Below, piece after piece: positions 40,236 to 50,284 of a DNA stretch of 64,000 bases (its first letter is position 1; each line of letters starts with the position of its first letter). Source of the stretch: Terriglobia bacterium (lineage in GTDB: Bacteria; Acidobacteriota; Terriglobia; 20CM-2-55-15); the NCBI GenBank assembly GCA_965218585.1, contig CBDCLE010000026.1, forward strand, positions 256,001 to 320,000, in the 5' to 3' direction. A program made the position numbers and the translations under genes. The notes beneath the pieces are model-generated. The model was given only the letters and a program-made list of their open reading frames with translations, had not been told where the DNA came from and did not search any database.

Positions 40236-42749
40236 GTGGGAATGGTTTATTTACATCGACTGATTTTGATTGTTGTTTTGGCCTCGCTTCCTGCCTACGG
40301 ACAGTTGGTAACCCAGAACCCGCTCGACGAACTTCAGGAGCAACTCGCCGAAGTTCTAGCCGAAGCCGGGGTCCCTGTCACACCCGAACAGGAAGGCCAG
40401 GTGGCCCTGCTCATCGAAGAGCAGCGGAGGGCCTCCGAAGATCTGTTCGGGCAAATCATGGACTTCAGAAACGGGATCCCCGAAGGCGCGGATCGCGACC
40501 GCGCACTGGCGAGCATCCAGTGGATTCACGATGCATTCCGGGCCGCGCTGCCGGACTATCTGACGGCCGACCAAAGGGCAGCGATCGAAGAGTTCGAGTC
40601 TCAGGGGGGGACACTCGCGGCAACAATCGAGGGCACGGAGGAAGCCGGCACCGAGGTCACGCAGATCCAACAGATCCGACTCGTCAACAATCCGTTCAAC
40701 GTTCAAAACGGGCGAAGCGGAAGCACAGGACCTCGAGGGGGCCGGAGAACTGAGGTCATCGAGCGGGGCGGTTCGGGCGCCTTCCACGGGAATTTTCGCG
40801 CAGAGTTCGAGGACGATGCGCTGAACGCTCGCGATCCCACCGCGGACAACAAACCCCAGGCTCGGGAACGTACGATCAGTGGAAACATCAGCGGTCCAGT
40901 CCTTCGTGACCGCCTCACGGCCAGCTTCTCGTTCGATAACAACCGGTGGGAAAACGTCGGAAGTGTCAACGCGCTGCTTGCAACGAACGAGCTGTTCACG
41001 CTGGGCATCACACGGCCTCGCGTTACTAAAAGGTACGAGGGCCGCGGGATCCTGCAGTTGAACGAATCGAATTCACTCCATTTCGGAGTGGATTACGACT
41101 CCAACACGAGGGAAAACGACGGTATCGGCCGTGAGACTCTGCCCGAGCGGGCGACCAACTCTTTCGATCGCAGCTTCGAGCTCGACGTGCGTCAGATTAC
41201 CGTGTTCTCCGAAAGTACGGTCCACGAAACAAGCTTTTCCTGGCGGGACGACCGCGAAGAGACGATACCGATCACCAGCGGCCAGGCGATCAACGTTCTT
41301 GACGCATTCAACAGCGGCGGAGGACGGAATCGTAACGAGCTCGACGGTACGAGCATGCACTTCAGAAACCTGCTCTACTACGTTGGCGACCGCTTGACCC
41401 TGCGCGTGGGAAGCCACGTCGGCACGTGGGAAGAGACTTCGATACAACAGAACAATTTCAACGGCCAGTTCACGTTTTCAGACCTGGAAAGTTTCCAGAA
41501 AGGACAACCGCAACAGTACGACGTCAACGTGGGCGACCCGTTGGTCGAACAGACCCACATCGAAACCGAGCTTTTCGTTCAGAGCGATCTTCGACTCACC
41601 AACCGCTTCACGCTCAACCTTGGCTTGCTCTACTCGACGCAGAACAATCTCGAGGACAGGAACGATTTCGATCCCCGTCTGGGATTTGCCTACGCGGTTG
41701 GAAATTCCACAGTCATCCGTGGAGGCGTGGGCACGTTCCATCAAAGACTCAATTACTGGGAATTCCGGCGAATCCTGCAAGAGGACGGCACACGTCAGAG
41801 CCGCATCCGGATCTCGGATCCAGGGTGGCCGGATCCCTTCCAGGGAGGCAGCGTAGAAACGATTCCACCCAGGTCACGTCGCCTCCTCCAACCCGGTTTT
41901 CTCGCCAATTACTACGTGAGCACGCTGATATCGGTCGAACAGAGTCTGCCATCAAACTTGTTTCTGACGGTGAGCTTTGACTACAACCGGGGCCTGAAGA
42001 TGCGCCGGACGCGGAACATCAACGCACCGCTGCCCGGCACTATCAGCCCGGAAACCCCGGACGGTATCCGGCCCTTCCCCGATGAGGGAGACATTCTTCA
42101 ACTCGAATCCAGCGGCCTGTCGATTCACAAGAATTTGAAAGTCCGGATGCGGCAGCGTTTCAGCATCTTCAACGTCAACGCCGACTATACGTTCAACGTA
42201 GGCCATAGTGACGGTGACGGATTCCGACTGCCTGCCGACAGTTACAATCTGAGGGGCGAGTGGGGCCGGGCCGGTCTCGGCCAGACACACCGTTTCAACG
42301 CAAGCGTCAACTCCAGATTGCCGTGGGACGTTTATCTCACCACGGCTCTCAATTTCAGAAGCGGGAGCATGTTCACGATCACGACTGGAGAGGACACCAA
42401 CAGGGACGGGGAATTCAGGGAGCGGCCTGCGATTGCTACGGATCTGACCCGGCCCAGCGTCATCGTCACCGATTTTGGAACCTTCGATCTGAATCCGCTT
42501 CCGGGACAGGAAATCCTTTCCCGTAACAGCGCGACCGGCCCCCATTTCCTGTCGATAGGATTCAATATATCCAAGGCCTTTGAAGTAGCAAACGGTCAGC
42601 AGGTCAGCGTGTTCGTCAATTTAAACAACGCGTTCAACATGACCAACCTGAGCAACCCCAGCAGCGTTCTGACTTCCAGCAGATTTGGCACATCTACGAG
42701 TGCCAACGATCCCCGGCGAATCGAAGCGGGCATGCGGTATCAGTTCTAG
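40236..42749 (+). CDS. TonB-dependent receptor-like (Oar-type) outer-membrane protein
   Basis: Signal peptide; DALNARD, ISGP, DPRLGFAY, PRRIEAGMRYQF end. Confidence 0.8.
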   Translation: MGMVYLHRLILIVVLASLPAYGQLVTQNPLDELQEQLAEVLAEAGVPVTPEQEGQVALLIEEQRRASEDLFGQIMDFRNGIPEGADRDRALASIQWIHDAFRAALPDYLTADQRAAIEEFESQGGTLAATIEGTEEAGTEVTQIQQIRLVNNPFNVQNGRSGSTGPRGGRRTEVIERGGSGAFHGNFRAEFEDDALNARDPTADNKPQARERTISGNISGPVLRDRLTASFSFDNNRWENVGSVNALLATNELFTLGITRPRVTKRYEGRGILQLNESNSLHFGVDYDSNTRENDGIGRETLPERATNSFDRSFELDVRQITVFSESTVHETSFSWRDDREETIPITSGQAINVLDAFNSGGGRNRNELDGTSMHFRNLLYYVGDRLTLRVGSHVGTWEETSIQQNNFNGQFTFSDLESFQKGQPQQYDVNVGDPLVEQTHIETELFVQSDLRLTNRFTLNLGLLYSTQNNLEDRNDFDPRLGFAYAVGNSTVIRGGVGTFHQRLNYWEFRRILQEDGTRQSRIRISDPGWPDPFQGGSVETIPPRSRRLLQPGFLANYYVSTLISVEQSLPSNLFLTVSFDYNRGLKMRRTRNINAPLPGTISPETPDGIRPFPDEGDILQLESSGLSIHKNLKVRMRQRFSIFNVNADYTFNVGHSDGDGFRLPADSYNLRGEWGRAGLGQTHRFNASVNSRLPWDVYLTTALNFRSGSMFTITTGEDTNRDGEFRERPAIATDLTRPSVIVTDFGTFDLNPLPGQEILSRNSATGPHFLSIGFNISKAFEVANGQQVSVFVNLNNAFNMTNLSNPSSVLTSSRFGTSTSANDPRRIEAGMRYQF

Positions 42750-44486
42750 CCCGCATGTTTCACCAGTCCGGCGATCAGGGGGATTTGGGCAGTAAGAATC
42801 GGATTCGGGAGGATCTGGGTTCGAATTGGGCATGTGTGGCGTGACTCGCCGGTGTCGACAAGCGGGAGTTGCTGCGTTTTCGGGTTCAGAAGAGGGTGAC
42901 GAAACGCACTGAGACAAACCTCGGCGGAGCCGAAAAGAGCGAGTCGATTTTGGCGCAGGGGATCGGGTCGGTTCTCAGCAGCGCAGAGGAAGCGCCTGCA
43001 GGTTTCGATGGACGAGGGCAAAGACCTCGGCGTAGGGATAGGCTTCCGACATGGAGATCCAGATGTTGCGAACCGTCAGACGGACTTGAGCTCCGATCTT
43101 GAGGAGCTTCAAGCGGATCGTCTGGCACTGAGCGCGGGCCAGATCGGTATTCTTCAGTCCCAGACGGCGTAACGCGTGCAGGAGCATGTAGGCGGCCGAG
43201 GACAGATAGAGCCGGAGTTGATTGGCGCGCATGGTTGCCGCGCTGGTCCGGTCGGCGAATAGATCCAACTGCTGTTCCTTGATGCGATTTTCCATGTCGC
43301 CCCGCGCACAGTAAAAGTCTTCATAGAGGGCGCGGGCGTCCAGGCGTTCCGGCGACAGTGAGGTCACAACGAATCGAGGATTGGCGCCTTTCTCCAGGAA
43401 CTCGGCCTTGCCGATGACGCGTCGGGTGCAGGTCCAGCTCTTCCGAGTGCGATACCGGAAATCGTTAAACACCCGCGCCGGTTTCCCGGTGTCGTTAAAC
43501 TCGGCTTCGGCCTGACTCATCGATTCAGCGATCTCGCGCTTGAGCCGATCGTTCTTGGCCAGACCCACCACGTAATCGACCTGGTGGGCCTCGCACCAAC
43601 TCAGCAATTCATCCCGGCAAAAGCCCGAGTCGGCCCGGATGATAATCGACACCTCCGGCCAGCTCTGCCGGATCTGGCCGATGATGCGGTTCAATTCCTC
43701 GACGGCGCCGTCCGCACCGTCGACATTGGAGCACCGCAACCGGGCGCATAGCAGATGCTCTCCCGAAAAGATGTAGAGCGGCAGATAACAGTAGTTGCCG
43801 TAGTAGCCGTGAAAGAACCGTCCTTCCTGATGGCCATGGATCGGATCATCGGTCGCATCCAGGTCCAGAACAATCTCCTCGGGCGCCGATCCGTGAGCCG
43901 CCACAAATGCATCCACCATCCAGCGGTCGATCTTGTCCGGGTCCATGGCAATCTTCTTGTACCGCTCCTTCCCATCGACTTGCTCCCCGGTCAGTTCCAA
44001 CCGGTTCAGCGTACACTTGCCCGCCAACGCTTTTCCCCGGTCTCGGGCCTGCCGCCGCTTCTCCCCCAGTGGATCGGCCTTATCCACCGCCACGGCCAGC
44101 ATCGGATCGGTCCGCAGTTGGTCATGATCGTTCAGATCCTCGTAGCCCAGACAGAGTCCGTAGACGCGCTGCCCCAATAACTCGCTCACCGTGTGTTCGA
44201 TCAACCTCGCGTCCCGGTAATCCCTGAAACACTCGGCCAGTCCGGCGATCAGACCCGTTCGCTTTTCCACTTCCCTCAACAGCAGAACCCCAGCGTCGGA
44301 GGTGATCTTTCCGCCGTCAAAACGCGCCTTCACTTTTCGTTGAAGAAGTCCGTGAAATTCGAACGTCGTTTGGTTACACTCTGTTCTCATAAGGGCCGTC
44401 TCCGTTTGGCTTGTTAAACGTTTATTTCAAAACGCTTTATGCCAGACAGGGCGGCCTTTTCTGGTCCTATTGGTGAAATATGCGGG
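42750..44486 (-). mobile_element. IS1380-family element
   Basis: IR CCCGCATGTTTCACCA / TGGTGAAATATGCGGG (1 mismatch); CTAG on both flanks (42746-42749, 44487-44490). Confidence 0.92.
42975..44390 (-). CDS. IS1380-family transposase
   Basis: FDGGKITSDAG, LDLDATDD, RADSGF, RGDMENRIKE. Confidence 0.93.
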   Translation of the reverse strand: MRTECNQTTFEFHGLLQRKVKARFDGGKITSDAGVLLLREVEKRTGLIAGLAECFRDYRDARLIEHTVSELLGQRVYGLCLGYEDLNDHDQLRTDPMLAVAVDKADPLGEKRRQARDRGKALAGKCTLNRLELTGEQVDGKERYKKIAMDPDKIDRWMVDAFVAAHGSAPEEIVLDLDATDDPIHGHQEGRFFHGYYGNYCYLPLYIFSGEHLLCARLRCSNVDGADGAVEELNRIIGQIRQSWPEVSIIIRADSGFCRDELLSWCEAHQVDYVVGLAKNDRLKREIAESMSQAEAEFNDTGKPARVFNDFRYRTRKSWTCTRRVIGKAEFLEKGANPRFVVTSLSPERLDARALYEDFYCARGDMENRIKEQQLDLFADRTSAATMRANQLRLYLSSAAYMLLHALRRLGLKNTDLARAQCQTIRLKLLKIGAQVRLTVRNIWISMSEAYPYAEVFALVHRNLQALPLRC

Positions 44487-44573
44487 CTAGCAGCCTGTGT
44501 AAGACACACCACTGTCGGCCCGAGTCCCGATTGATAGATTGAGTCGTTCCCGGTTCTCCTTCGAGGGAGAGGT

Positions 44574-45881
44574 TTGCTGTACACTCTCGTGTCAGCGAAG
44601 ACAGCAACCACTTTAGACATCCTCTCGAATGACGTGAGAACAGACGCACTCCGAGCGGTCCGTCGACGCCTGCCCCTGGTACTGGCGGGAAATACCATCA
44701 TCAGGATTGCGGGCGGCGCAGGAGGCGTTCTGATCGGGCTCTATTTTTCCGATCTGGGAAACCGGGGCCAGGACGTGAACGCAATGGTCGTCGGCCTGCT
44801 TGGCGCGGTGACATACGGCACGGAACTCATCGGGGCAGTACCGATGGGCGTCCTGACCGACCGGTTATCCCCACGATTTCTGATGATTGCAGGAGGCCTG
44901 CTTGGCGCGACCGGAATGGGCCTGCTGGGATTTGTTCGACAGGTACCGGCGTTCTTCGTTTCACGAAGCCTCGAGGGAGGGGCGTGGGCAGCCAGCGCGA
45001 CATCGATCCTGGCCTACCTGACGGACCTGACCGAGGACGCAAAACATATTCGCGGCCGGGTTATGGCCATATTCGAAGTGACCCTCCTTACGGGGATCGC
45101 GCTCGGGGGGCCGGTCGGTGCAGGCCTCTGGCAGCGGCTGGGAACGACGGCGTTCGTCACCACAGCAGGTGTGTACCTGCTGAGTTCAGCCGTATTCTGG
45201 ATTGGAGCAAGGGGGAGTGAGAAACGGAGCACGGAAGAAGCCTTCGCCGGGCTCAGACACGCCTTCAACGAACCCTCGATACGAAGGCTTGCACCGGCCT
45301 GGCTAGCGATCAACGCCATTATCGGGATCTGGATGGGGCCCATGATCACCTTTCTGCTCACCTTCCGCCAGGAAGGTAGCCAGTACCTGAACGGGCTGTT
45401 CGCCGACAACCCCGAACAGGTGGGTTGGGTATTCCTGGCCTACACGCTGGTGTTTGGTCTTGGGGTGACAATCTGGAGCTTCTTTATCGACCGCCTCGAT
45501 AGAAAAACAGTCCTTTCAGCCTGCCTAACAGCCACCCTGGTCGTCTGCGGAGCACTATACCTGGTGAATCACACACCGGACCTGGGACCCGGACCTCGCG
45601 TGGGATTACTGGCTTTCCTGGCCCTGGCCCTTATGGTCGAAAGCGGATTCACACCTGCAGCACTGGCCTTGCTGGCCGACATCGTCGGTGGAGTCACCGG
45701 TCGTGGCGCAGCGATGGGCATCTACTCGGCGCTACTTGGAATCGGAGCCTTGATCGGCGCTCTGATTGCCAGTGTTCTGGGCGCCCAGTTTGGAATTGAC
45801 GGTCTGATCCACGGGACCGTCGCCCTCGTCGTTGTCGCGCTGATAACGATTCGCAATCTCTCTGTAAGAGGTTCGTCTTGA
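44574..45881 (+). CDS. MFS transporter (true start possibly GTG 44634)
   Basis: About 12 hydrophobic segments; GVLTDRLSPR motif A; stop overlaps next start. Confidence 0.85.
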   Translation: MLYTLVSAKTATTLDILSNDVRTDALRAVRRRLPLVLAGNTIIRIAGGAGGVLIGLYFSDLGNRGQDVNAMVVGLLGAVTYGTELIGAVPMGVLTDRLSPRFLMIAGGLLGATGMGLLGFVRQVPAFFVSRSLEGGAWAASATSILAYLTDLTEDAKHIRGRVMAIFEVTLLTGIALGGPVGAGLWQRLGTTAFVTTAGVYLLSSAVFWIGARGSEKRSTEEAFAGLRHAFNEPSIRRLAPAWLAINAIIGIWMGPMITFLLTFRQEGSQYLNGLFADNPEQVGWVFLAYTLVFGLGVTIWSFFIDRLDRKTVLSACLTATLVVCGALYLVNHTPDLGPGPRVGLLAFLALALMVESGFTPAALALLADIVGGVTGRGAAMGIYSALLGIGALIGALIASVLGAQFGIDGLIHGTVALVVVALITIRNLSVRGSS

Positions 45882-47287
45882 CAGAATCCGAGTTCGACCT
45901 GGCGATCATCGGCGCCGGATCGGGCGGAATAACCGCGGCGAACTTTGCCGCGAAACTGGGAGCACGCACCGTTCTGGTTGAAAAGGGCCGGATCGGAGGG
46001 GATTGCACTTGGACGGGTTGCGTCCCGAGCAAAGCGCTCCTCAAGGCAGCTAGGGTGGCACACGAAGCACGCATCGCCTCCCGCTATGGCATCACCGTTT
46101 CTGCACCCGCAGTCGATATGGCCAGGGTCCGTGATTATGTGACCTCAGCCATCGAAAACGTCTACCAGTACGAGACACCGGAAACATTTGAACAGTCGGG
46201 TATCGAAGTGGTCAATGCACCGGCCCGATTCGTCGACGCTCGAACGATACGTGCCGGTGACCGTATGTTGAAGGCAAAAGCTTTTCTGATCACGACCGGT
46301 GCACGGCCGATGGTACCCCCTGTCCTGGGTCTGGACGAAACTCCTTTCGTCACCTATGAACAGATATTCGACAACGCACAACTGCCTCGGACAATGACGA
46401 TCATAGGAGCGGGGCCGATCGGGGTAGAAATGGCACAGGCCTACCAGCGGTTCGGTACCCGGGTCACGCTCATCGACATTGCGCTACTGCCGAGAGAAGA
46501 GCCTGAAGCACGAAGGATCATTCTGGAAACACTCCAGGGGGAAGGCGTTCGATATCTGGAAGGGTTGGCGACGAAGGTGTACCCCGACGGCGATGAGGTT
46601 GTCATCGAGACGGCGTCTGGTCAAACTCGTTCCCAACTCCTGCTTGTGGCCACAGGGCGGGCACCCAACGTCGATGGACTCGGCCTGGAGGAAGCCGGCG
46701 TCCGTTATTCAGCCAAAGGGATTGAAGTCGATGATCGACTGCGTACCAATGTCGCTCACATATATGCCGCCGGTGACGTGACAGGAGGTTACCAGTTCAC
46801 ACATTTTGCCGCATGGCAGGCCTTCCAGGCTGTCCGCAATGCCCTGCTGCCGGGTCACAGTTCCGGCTTCACACATAACGTTCCCTGGGTGACGTATACG
46901 GATCCGGAAGTCGCGCACGTTGGGCTCGGGGAGGAGGAAGCTCGTGAAAAGTTTCCCGATGCTATCCACGTCCACCGCCATGAAATGGACCACGTTGATC
47001 GCGCCGTCTGCGAAAACGACACGCGGGGATTTCTCAAGGTCGTGACGAAACCGGACGACACGATTCTGGGGGCCACCATCGTTGCGTCCCGGGCCGGTGA
47101 AGTCATCACCGAGTTCGTCATAGCGATCGACAACAAGCTACGTCTCAGTGACCTGGCCGGCACGATCCACCCCTATCCGACCTATTCGACCCCAGTGCAA
47201 CAACTGGGGGCGGATGTTGCGGTGGAACGGGCCCTGGAGGGCGCGCGGGGAAAAGTGATCCGGGGAATCTCGAAGTTGATCCGGTAA
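45878..47287 (+). CDS. MerA-like pyridine nucleotide-disulfide oxidoreductase
   Basis: GAGSGG, GGDCTWTGCVPSK, GAGPIG, AAGD, HPYPT; no C-terminal CC. Confidence 0.9.
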   Translation: MTESEFDLAIIGAGSGGITAANFAAKLGARTVLVEKGRIGGDCTWTGCVPSKALLKAARVAHEARIASRYGITVSAPAVDMARVRDYVTSAIENVYQYETPETFEQSGIEVVNAPARFVDARTIRAGDRMLKAKAFLITTGARPMVPPVLGLDETPFVTYEQIFDNAQLPRTMTIIGAGPIGVEMAQAYQRFGTRVTLIDIALLPREEPEARRIILETLQGEGVRYLEGLATKVYPDGDEVVIETASGQTRSQLLLVATGRAPNVDGLGLEEAGVRYSAKGIEVDDRLRTNVAHIYAAGDVTGGYQFTHFAAWQAFQAVRNALLPGHSSGFTHNVPWVTYTDPEVAHVGLGEEEAREKFPDAIHVHRHEMDHVDRAVCENDTRGFLKVVTKPDDTILGATIVASRAGEVITEFVIAIDNKLRLSDLAGTIHPYPTYSTPVQQLGADVAVERALEGARGKVIRGISKLIR

Positions 47288-47323
47288 TACGTTCGAACGG
47301 GGGATTTATGACAAACCAACTAT

Positions 47324-48791
47324 TATTACTGTGTTACAAACGAAGCGGTCCACAGAACGGACAACGAGGAAGCTGCTGAATCAGGAAGCGGGCGATGCGA
47401 ATGCGAAGCGTGGCAATCGAGCAGGGGTTATGTCGTTCGGGCCGGATCCGGGGTTCCGCGGGGTTTGAAGTGTTTGGGGAGTTTGGGGACGGATAGTCCA
47501 ACATGCTCGACAAATGCAGAGGGGGAAAAACGGCTCCGCTCGGCGACCAGGAACCCATAAGAGGCAATACATAAGGTGCCATGATGGTGAAATCCACGCC
47601 AGCCGCGACCTTCGTAGTGTCCCAGACCGAGTTCCTGCTTGAGTTCCTGATAGTCGCGTTCGATGATCCAGCGCTGTTTGGCCTGACCGGCCAGATCGGA
47701 AAGCGAGGTATGGGCCCCAAGAGTGGAGAGCCAGTACCGGATCGGTTCGGATGCGGTCTTGGGCCACTCGACCAACAACCACTCTTTCGGATGCGGCGAG
47801 TGGCGCTCGTGATCCAGATGAGCGGGACGAATGCGAACTGCGGCGAAACGGGAACGCAGGGTCTCGGAGGTGCCTTCGCGCCAGGAGACGTTCTTCCAAC
47901 GCTGGGGAGACAACGAGAGGGCCAGTTGCTTGACCGAAACCGGTTGATGTTTCTTGTTGCGCTGCATGCGGGTCGGTGTCCGTCCGCGGCCGGTCAAGGA
48001 TTTCGGCGGCAAGGGACCCTGGCCCGGTTTCCACACGGTCGTGGTGCCTTGCACCCCTAGGACGTAGCTAAGTCCGAGTTCGGTGATGCCGTGCCGGAAC
48101 TTGTAGTTGTTGCCGTAGGCCGTATCGCCCAGAACCGGTGTCGGAGCAATGCCGTCATCGACGGCCTGCCGGATTTGTTCCAAAGCAATTTGAGGTTTAG
48201 TTTGAAATCGAACGTCTTCGGGAATAGCGGCTTTGCTTCGACGTTCCGGATCCTTCGCCCAGGTCTCGGGGAGGTAGAGTCGCCATGCCACCGGCAAGCT
48301 GGATTTCGCTGTCGCCACCGACAGGCTCACCGCCACCCGGCAGTTCTCAGGTTTGCCGACCTGTCCACAGTATTGCCGGGCCACACCCACCGAGTGGGTC
48401 CCCTTTTTCACGAATCCGGTGTCGTCGACAATCCAGGCTTCAATCGGACCGTTGGCTTCCATCGCCCCCAGCGCGTACTGTCGAACTTCTGCCAACAGAG
48501 CCGCATCGTCCCAGGGCGCATCCGCGACCAGATGATGTAGCGACTGGTGCATTCGGCGTACATTATCCGGAGCCAATCGTGCAGCCATCGGCTCCACACT
48601 CTTACGTTTGATCGGCAGCAACAACCCGGTGCAGTACGACTTCAACGGTTCATGACGATCGGCGTGTCCTGCGGCCGACGCCAGGCGTTCCAAATAGGCC
48701 GCAAAACGTTTTTCCTGAGTGCCTGGCGCCTTCGATTTGGCGCTCATGACCGGATGCTAACATAAAATAGACCGTTTGTAACATAGTAGTA
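47324..48791 (-). mobile_element. IS701-family element, full length (1468 bp)
   Basis: 19-bp IRs with 2 mismatches; 4-bp target duplication CTAT (47320-47323, 48792-48795). Confidence 0.93.
47428..48747 (-). CDS. IS701-family transposase
   Basis: RKSVEPMA, VDDTGFVKKG, GDTAYG, RWIIERDYQELKQELGL. Confidence 0.93.
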   Translation of the reverse strand: MSAKSKAPGTQEKRFAAYLERLASAAGHADRHEPLKSYCTGLLLPIKRKSVEPMAARLAPDNVRRMHQSLHHLVADAPWDDAALLAEVRQYALGAMEANGPIEAWIVDDTGFVKKGTHSVGVARQYCGQVGKPENCRVAVSLSVATAKSSLPVAWRLYLPETWAKDPERRSKAAIPEDVRFQTKPQIALEQIRQAVDDGIAPTPVLGDTAYGNNYKFRHGITELGLSYVLGVQGTTTVWKPGQGPLPPKSLTGRGRTPTRMQRNKKHQPVSVKQLALSLSPQRWKNVSWREGTSETLRSRFAAVRIRPAHLDHERHSPHPKEWLLVEWPKTASEPIRYWLSTLGAHTSLSDLAGQAKQRWIIERDYQELKQELGLGHYEGRGWRGFHHHGTLCIASYGFLVAERSRFSPSAFVEHVGLSVPKLPKHFKPRGTPDPARTT

Positions 48792-50284
48792 CTATCCGCG
48801 CCGCAGCCACTCGAGAAGAAGGACGCTGACTACATATTGTATGAATTCACACGCAGCATCTGCCCCGAATGCCGAAAGGTCATCGACGCCCAGGTTCTCT
48901 TGCGCGACAACAAGGTCTATATGCGCAAACGCTGCCCGGATTGCGGTCCGTTCGAGGGATTGGTTTATGGCGACGCCCAGATGTATGTCTCCCAGGCCAA
49001 ATACAACAGACCCGGCACTATTCCGTTGGAGTTTGGAACGGACGTCGAGGATGGGTGTCCACATGATTGCGGGCTGTGTCCCGATCATCAGCAACACGCC
49101 TGCCTTGGAATAATAGAAGTCAACAGCGCGTGCAACATGAACTGTCCGCTCTGCTTCTCTGAGGCGGGAGCAGGTTTCAGCCTCACGCTGGAAGAAGTGG
49201 AGAACATCCTGGACGACTTCGTCCGTACCGAAGGCGATCCTGAAGTCATACAGTTTTCCGGAGGAGAACCGACGATTCACCCCCAGATCATAGAGTTCAT
49301 CGCCGCGGCCAAGGCGCGAGGAATTTCCCTGGTTATGATCAACACGAACGGAAAACGAATCGCTGATGACGATGCGTTCCTGGAACAGCTCAAAGGGGCG
49401 CAGCCTTCCATTTATTTTCAGTTCGACGGGTTCGACAGCGAAACATACAGGATCATCTGGGGAGAACCCGACATTCTCGAACAGAAACTCCGGGCGCTGG
49501 ACAGGCTGGCGGAAATAGGACTCAGCGTAACGCTTGTCCCAGCAATTGAACGAGGCGTCAACGATCACGAGCTGGGAAGAATCATCGACCTGGCAATCAA
49601 ACATCCCGCGATCTGCGGCATAAACTTTCAGCCGGCGTTTCACGCAGGCCGCCACATGGCACACGACCCGATGGAACGCATGACCATCCCCGACGTCCTC
49701 AAACTGATCGAAGAGCAGACGAAGAAACAGTTCATGGTCAGCGATTTCGTACCGGTCCCCTGCTGTTTCCCCACGTGCAACTCGGTAACTTACGGATTCA
49801 TCGACGGGGACACGGTGACGCCGATACCCCGTGTCGTCAACGTGCACGACTATCTGGACTACATCACGAATCGCGCCCTGCCGGATTGGAATCAGGACGT
49901 GACCCGGGCACTGGAGGGCCTGTGGTCTTCCTCTTCGGTTCCCGGTTCAGACAAGTCGACCCAGCAGATTGCACTCTCTTGCGAGGCTTGTGGAATTCCC
50001 GAGTCGTTTGCCGTAGGTGACATCGCGGAACACGTCATCATGATCATGCTCCAGGACTTCATGGACCCATGGACATTCAATCAGAAGAACGTGATGAAGT
50101 GCTGCAAGGAATTCCTGCTGCCGGGCAGCAAGCAGATCCCGTTCTGCGCGTACAACACAATCGGCTATCGCGAACAGGCCCGAGAGCAGCTCGAAGCCAT
50201 GGAGCCCTTGCGCCTCGAAGCCCGCAGGGATGGCTCCCGCTACGAACCTCAACCGGTCAACTTCTCGTTCAGTAACGGTGACTC

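Noticed and set aside
45878-47287. merA / mercury-resistance operon
   Set aside because: No C-terminal Cys pair, no NmerA domain, no merR/T/P
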